This document shows, one piece after another, positions 30,219-35,382 of a stretch of DNA of 35,382 nt (position 1 is the stretch's first letter; each line of letters begins with the position of its first letter). The notes beneath the pieces were generated by a model that saw only the letters and a list, made by a program, of their open reading frames with translations, searched no databases and was not told where the DNA came from. The stretch lies in assembly GCA_040182905.1 (NCBI GenBank), contig JARQWU010000001.1, forward strand, positions 62,001-97,382. The letters run 5' to 3'. Origin of the DNA: Barthelona sp. PAP020. Taxonomy: Eukaryota. The translations under genes were made by a program, and so were the position numbers.

Positions 30219-31625
30219 ATGGATTTGGGAACAATTGAATTGGCCCAATATCTTGATAATCATGCAAAACAATTGAACAAATCACCGATATTACCAAAAT
30301 TATTAAAAACCATGAGTAATTCAACCAAAACTGATAAAAAAGAAGATATATTCTTCAATAATTCAATCGAACAAAAAATAAATCCAAATTTTATACGTTC
30401 TTCTTCAATTACAAATGATTCATCAAACATAAATATTTACGACAATGATATGATGGATATATCTAATGAAGAAATTGAAAAGCAAAGTCAATCACTCCAA
30501 AATAATATGACAATGACACATTTTTCAATTGAAGACAATCCTACTTCCAAAGAATTGCATAATCAACCGAAAAAAGAAAAGGTCATTTTAACTTCCAAAG
30601 TTTCTCCTTTGCTTGATGATAATCCAACTGTTGTTCTCAATATGAATCCTGAAACCACCAATTTTTCACCATCAATTAGAAGTGATAAGTCTGTGACAAA
30701 GAGTAAAACATCTCTTTCAATACCTGAATCCAAAAAAATACCTTCAAAAAAACATTTGGCTTCCACCGATATTGATAATACACAGTCTTCTTTAAGGTTG
30801 AGTGACAGTAGTCCTTCTGCTTCCTACGGATTTAGTGAAGAAACTGAATCACCATATAATTTGACTCTTACTGAAAATTCTTCTGTTTTTTCAACCCCTG
30901 GAATTGAGAATCTCACCACATTTTCAGAAAGTGATATGAATATGGATTTGTCTGAAGAATCAATATCTCCCATATCTCGTCAATTTATCAAAGAAATTGG
31001 AAACATGGTTGAAAAGACAAAATACAAAAGGCAAATCAAAAGCAATTTCTTTAGTATTGACCAAAGGAATGAAAAACCTCCCTTTATTCACAAACAAAAT
31101 TTAAATAATAACATAAATACGTTGAAGATGTTTAAAAAAGGAGTTGACTGTGAAACGCAGCATTATCTAAATGTACAAAGTAAAAGAGATTTTGGCATAC
31201 AATCTTTTCCAACAAAAAGAGACAATTCAACTGAAATTGAAAAAAAGACGAAAAATATGTCCACCCAATTTGGTCAATCAACATCTTTCAATCCTCATAG
31301 TTTTGATGAATGTTTACAGAAGGATTTAGACATTCCAGATACATTTATTTCTCCCAATAATGCTATAGAGATCTTTATAGAAAATGATGAAACCATAATT
31401 AGAATTTTAGATAAAAGCAAAAAAATTTTCATTGAAAATGATATGGGAACAAAAAAAAGATTTGTTTTGGAAGCGTCCAACGATAATTTGATGGAAAACA
31501 CAATGGATAAAGAATATATATCCAAAGATCTAAATTTTCATGTCAATCCAAATCTTGAATATCACAAAATGAATTTATTTGATAATTTAAAAGATATTAA
31601 TTCAATGCTAAATGATATTTCATAA
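30219..31625 (+). CDS. Hypothetical Ser/Asn-rich low-complexity protein
   Basis: 468-aa ATG ORF; no family recognised. Confidence 0.75.
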   Translation: MDLGTIELAQYLDNHAKQLNKSPILPKLLKTMSNSTKTDKKEDIFFNNSIEQKINPNFIRSSSITNDSSNINIYDNDMMDISNEEIEKQSQSLQNNMTMTHFSIEDNPTSKELHNQPKKEKVILTSKVSPLLDDNPTVVLNMNPETTNFSPSIRSDKSVTKSKTSLSIPESKKIPSKKHLASTDIDNTQSSLRLSDSSPSASYGFSEETESPYNLTLTENSSVFSTPGIENLTTFSESDMNMDLSEESISPISRQFIKEIGNMVEKTKYKRQIKSNFFSIDQRNEKPPFIHKQNLNNNINTLKMFKKGVDCETQHYLNVQSKRDFGIQSFPTKRDNSTEIEKKTKNMSTQFGQSTSFNPHSFDECLQKDLDIPDTFISPNNAIEIFIENDETIIRILDKSKKIFIENDMGTKKRFVLEASNDNLMENTMDKEYISKDLNFHVNPNLEYHKMNLFDNLKDINSMLNDIS

Positions 31626-31995
31626 TTAATTCATCATTTTCATCTAAACATGTCAAAGTTTTCCAAGGAATTTGTTCAACATTATAGGATTGTTGAATTC
31701 CATTCCATGTAGGAAATTGATTTTGAACAGTTTTAATTTTAAACATTAATATTGTTGAAATTGAAAAAACTGTAAAAATTGTTATTATTGTTACAAATGT
31801 TAATTTAAAATCAAATATATTATGATTTATTTGATTCAAATCATTAATTTCACCTATTATTGTTAAATTTGTAAAACAAAGTTCATTAATATCATCTTCA
31901 CATTCAATTGTTTCGTACAATATGATGTCTTCATTTAATCTGAAACAATTAACTGTAAACAACAATAATATAAAATAAATATATCTAAACAACAT
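31597..31995 (-). CDS. Small type-I membrane protein (signal peptide + one TM)
   Basis: MLFRYIYFILLLFTVNC signal peptide and TM LTFVTIITIFTVFSISTILMF. Its 3' end overlaps the preceding gene by 29 bp. Confidence 0.55.
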   Translation of the reverse strand: MLFRYIYFILLLFTVNCFRLNEDIILYETIECEDDINELCFTNLTIIGEINDLNQINHNIFDFKLTFVTIITIFTVFSISTILMFKIKTVQNQFPTWNGIQQSYNVEQIPWKTLTCLDENDELIMKYHLALN

Positions 31996-32517
31996 TTTAT
32001 TATTAAAAATGAATGATGCAGGTAAAAAGAAATTTTTTTATGTTCAATCATTTTACAAATTTCGTTGTTATAAATTGTCTAAAAACCAATTATTTTTATG
32101 TCAAAAAAATGATAATTTCAATTTTCAATAAAAGAAAATAAAATGTAAAGATTTTACAAGCATTTTCATAAATAACACATGTATGACCCACACAGATGAT
32201 ATTAGAAGAGAAAGAAGCATCATATCAGAAGTCGAACATTAAAGTATGGAAAAATCGAGAAACTGATCTCAAACATAAAGATAAAGCCAACTCATAACCC
32301 ACTTACTTTAAGAATTTTTGAATTTAATCATCGTCTCACATTCTTTTTTTTTGCAGATAACGTCCTAGAATCTTCCTCCCTGAAATTTTTTAATCATCGT
32401 ACAGCTCAACGTAATGGGTCCATTTAAAAATAAAAGTCTTTTAAAATTTATAAAAAAAACAAATAACAAAAAAATTTTTTCTTCTGCATTATTTACACCA
32501 AAAATATTAATAATATT

Positions 32518-34446
32518 TTAATTAGAACCAAATATATAAGTTGTACATAATATATGAACACCAACTGAAGCTAAATAACCAAGAATGATCATCCAAGCAT
32601 ATTTAAGATGAGCCTTGAATGTAAAAATACCTCTTGCTGCTCCCATTAAGGCAACACCCGCGGCAGATCCCATAGCCAACATGGAACCTCCACAACCAGT
32701 TGTTAATGTTACTAACAACCAATTTCCAGCATCCATGGATGGATTCATTTCCAAAACTGAAAACATACAAGGAATATTGCCAAGAACAGCAGATGCAACA
32801 CCAATAATCACATTAGCAACCCAAGACTCCAAAGCACTATAAAGAATAGAGGCCAATTTTTGCAAATAACCAAAAGTAGCCAAACCACCAATTGACATAA
32901 TAATTGCATAGAAGAATAAAAGTGTATCCCACTCTGTTTTAGCTCCAAGGACATTTTTAAATATGTCAAAAGGCTCAAATGGATTGCCCTCCGTAACACG
33001 ATAACCGTGTGCAGCCAGACGAGCTTTGGAAATGACAGTTTTCTTATTTATCATTTTCTCATACTTACGAATGTACCAAGAAAGAATAGACAATAAACCA
33101 AAACCGAAAAACATTGTGACAGCTGTTGGGATATGAAAAAAATTAAACCCACAGACAACCATCGCAATTGTAACTAAAAACAAAACAGCAGTCGGAATAG
33201 CTCCAGGCATTAAATGTGCTGCAGGGTTAACGGCAACTACATGTTCTGGAATTGTTTTGGGAATCTTTAAGGACATCAGAAAAGCTGGTACTAACCAATT
33301 AACCAAACAAGGAATAATCAATCGGAAGAATTGTAAGAATTCGAGTTTTCCTGCTTGCCAAACCATTAAAGTAGTGATATCACCGAATGGAGAAAACGCC
33401 CCACCAGCGTTAGCGGCCACAACTATGTTTGCACAACTGATTAAAACAAATATATCATCATTTTCACGCTCCTTTTTGATCTTCTCAAAGGTTTGATCAC
33501 GTATCACTTTGTTGTTAATATATCTATCACTTACAATTGGGGCAGATGAGTGACTCAACTCCTTAGAATCAATGGCAGCGACAAGCTTCATAGCATTAAA
33601 CTGCCGAGTAGGAATATCCACTTCAACTCCACAAGACTCTTCCATATCAATTTGTAGTTCTGAAAGATCAATAGTATTGTCTAACTCCCCTAAATCATTC
33701 TCGTGTTCACTAGAAATTGAAATATCCCCATTTATCTCAGGAATCCCAACAATATTTTCCATTTCTAATGAATTAGTGATGGCACGTTCCTCATATATCT
33801 TTCGAATATCAACACTAGGCCTTCCATTTTCGTCTAATTGATAAATTTCAGGTTCAACTTTTCCATCTGCTTGTCGCAAAAACTCTTGTCTAAACATCTC
33901 GGCTAATACCAAATCATTTTCATCATCAGATTCCAGTTCTTCCTCTAAATCTGAAATAACTGATGAGTCTTCATCAATAACAACACCACCAACAGAACAT
34001 ACAACTGTTCCCATAACTAAAGCAGTGGTCAAATTATCAGCAATAGGTCCAATGATTAGGGATAATAGACCGGTGACCCAGAATAAATTTCTTTTGTGAA
34101 AACGTTTATTCACCAAATACGCTTTAAAAGCTTCAAAAACACCACGATCTTCCATTGTAGCAACAAAACTCATGGCGGCTAAAACAAACAAAAATATATC
34201 TGTGAATTCTAATAAATATTCGTGTGCTGCATGTTTAACAAGAGATATCTTTTCACCCTCAACTAAAACTGTCTCATTTCTCAATGCAATACCCGCCAAA
34301 ATCCAAATTAAACCAGTAACTACCAATAAAGGCTTTGATTTTTTGATACCTAATTCTTCTTCAAAAATAGCCATTGTTATTCCCACAAAGAATAATATTA
34401 CACTCACAATACCCAATGGGTGACTAATGTGAGAAGTGACTGACAT
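32518..34446 (-). CDS. nhaD: NhaD-type Na+/H+ antiporter (IT superfamily) with a large acidic insertion
   Basis: KKSKP, PIADNLTTAL, NIVVAANAGGAFSPFGDITTLMVWQ, EWDTLLFFY and WLLVTLTTGCGGSMLAMGSAAGVALMG. Confidence 0.92.
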   Translation of the reverse strand: MSVTSHISHPLGIVSVILFFVGITMAIFEEELGIKKSKPLLVVTGLIWILAGIALRNETVLVEGEKISLVKHAAHEYLLEFTDIFLFVLAAMSFVATMEDRGVFEAFKAYLVNKRFHKRNLFWVTGLLSLIIGPIADNLTTALVMGTVVCSVGGVVIDEDSSVISDLEEELESDDENDLVLAEMFRQEFLRQADGKVEPEIYQLDENGRPSVDIRKIYEERAITNSLEMENIVGIPEINGDISISSEHENDLGELDNTIDLSELQIDMEESCGVEVDIPTRQFNAMKLVAAIDSKELSHSSAPIVSDRYINNKVIRDQTFEKIKKERENDDIFVLISCANIVVAANAGGAFSPFGDITTLMVWQAGKLEFLQFFRLIIPCLVNWLVPAFLMSLKIPKTIPEHVVAVNPAAHLMPGAIPTAVLFLVTIAMVVCGFNFFHIPTAVTMFFGFGLLSILSWYIRKYEKMINKKTVISKARLAAHGYRVTEGNPFEPFDIFKNVLGAKTEWDTLLFFYAIIMSIGGLATFGYLQKLASILYSALESWVANVIIGVASAVLGNIPCMFSVLEMNPSMDAGNWLLVTLTTGCGGSMLAMGSAAGVALMGAARGIFTFKAHLKYAWMIILGYLASVGVHILCTTYIFGSN

Positions 34447-35280
34447 AAAACTAAAAAAAAAAAAAATTCAGATGTTTCTGAGTTGAGTGCTCAACTTGTT
34501 AATTTTTTAATAACAATTCATTCATTGTTCTTCTTGCAATTCTTTTTTTTTTAAACTTGGAATTTCTTTTAGAAATACATTCTTCTATCCGTTGTGAAGG
34601 TGTTATGCATCATTTCAACCAATTTTTTATATTAACAATTAAAAATGTTTACTGTTTACATTTTAATTCTCCTTTGAATGCGAAAGATTAAAATATTGAA
34701 GAAACAATACAATTTTAAAATATGTGTTTCTCCAAAAAGAAGCCAAAACTTTTTACTTAAAAATCATAATAAATCCATTTACATATTACTGAATTAGAAA
34801 ATTCAATTTATTTTTAATTTGAACACGCATTAAAGTGGAAAAGAAAAAAAAATCACACACAAAAAAAAAAAAAAAAACTAACATAACCTGTCAAATAGAG
34901 ATTTCATCATCTTTCTTTTCAAAATGATTTCATTATCATCTTCAATTTACAAATTTTTTAAAAAATTGGTTTTTGAATTTTAACTGTTCTCTTTTTTCAA
35001 AGAAATGGTATTTGTCAATTTCAAAAAATTCATTTATCAATTTTAAAGCCAAAAATAATAAAACAAAAATATACATTATCTACTTATGAATTTATTTCCA
35101 AGCCAAGAAGCACTGTGCGTATGAGTGAATAAAAAAGAATAGTGTATATTTGGTTAAAGGCTTTCGAGGCCCGATTGATCTCTTGAAAAACTTTAGATTT
35201 TCTAAGGTAAAGTTTAAACTTTAAAATTTTGCTTTTGCAAAAATACAAAAAAATAGGAATGAAGAATTTCTCCAAAATTT

Positions 35281-35382
35281 TCATACTTGATCGTTCAAAT
35301 TACATTTCAGTCCCTCAATTCCCCTCCTGGGATTTTGACTGAAATTTGCTAGAATGAGTTTTCTGAGTTTACTTTCTTTGTA
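35281..35382 (-). CDS. Possible 3' end of a gene entering from the right edge
   Basis: The frame is open from the window edge to TGA at 35281-35283 (YKESKLRKLILANFSQNPRRGIEGLKCNLNDQV*), and GC is higher than in the flank. Too short to confirm. Confidence 0.25.
   Translation of the reverse strand, partial: YKESKLRKLILANFSQNPRRGIEGLKCNLNDQV

Noticed and set aside
1015..34423. Numerous short antisense or alternate-frame ORFs nested within long genes (e.g. 1015-1209, 9141-9653, 17463-17918, 25912-26427)
   Set aside because: Shadow ORFs of well-supported CDSs with biased codon usage; no recognisable motifs.
34440..34470. T-tract + AG before ATG as a spliced-leader trans-splicing acceptor (nhaD, TEX261, V-ATPase B, SNF2)
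   Set aside because: MAPK, RPB5, RPL5 and the 10153 ORF have the T-tract but no AG between it and the ATG, so the pattern is inconsistent.
35084..35284. 66-aa minus-strand ORF
   Set aside because: Low-complexity AT-rich composition with no motif; more likely UTR or intergenic sequence.

Overview
AT-rich, very gene-dense eukaryotic nuclear DNA in the standard genetic code (genes end in TAA, TAG or TGA). It most likely comes from a flagellated anaerobic protist with a mitochondrion-related organelle; metamonad-like is an inference, and the species cannot be determined from sequence alone. There are about 20 protein genes, several separated by only 20-170 bp. Two short spliceosomal introns (38 and 40 nt) were found by reading the sequence. 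Housekeeping genes: VPS41-like (partial), NOP53, IQUB, LCMT1, V-ATPase B, an ERK-type MAPK, RPL5, RanBP1, SF3B4, SNF2/Brahma, RPB5 and TEX261. Notable items: (1) a 1195-aa [FeFe]-hydrogenase fused to a complete NADPH-type diflavin (flavodoxin+FNR) reductase module; (2) a mitochondrial-type Hsp70 with no in-frame ATG before its ATPase domain and no C-terminal lid; (3) a bacterial-like NhaD antiporter with a ~175-aa acidic insertion; (4) a giant prominin-like pentaspan protein; (5) a diverged 129-bp inverted repeat around an assembly gap; (6) a cryptic 73-codon frame interrupted only by TGA codons. No rRNA, tRNA or CRISPR array was recognised. All family assignments come from motif recognition, not database searches.
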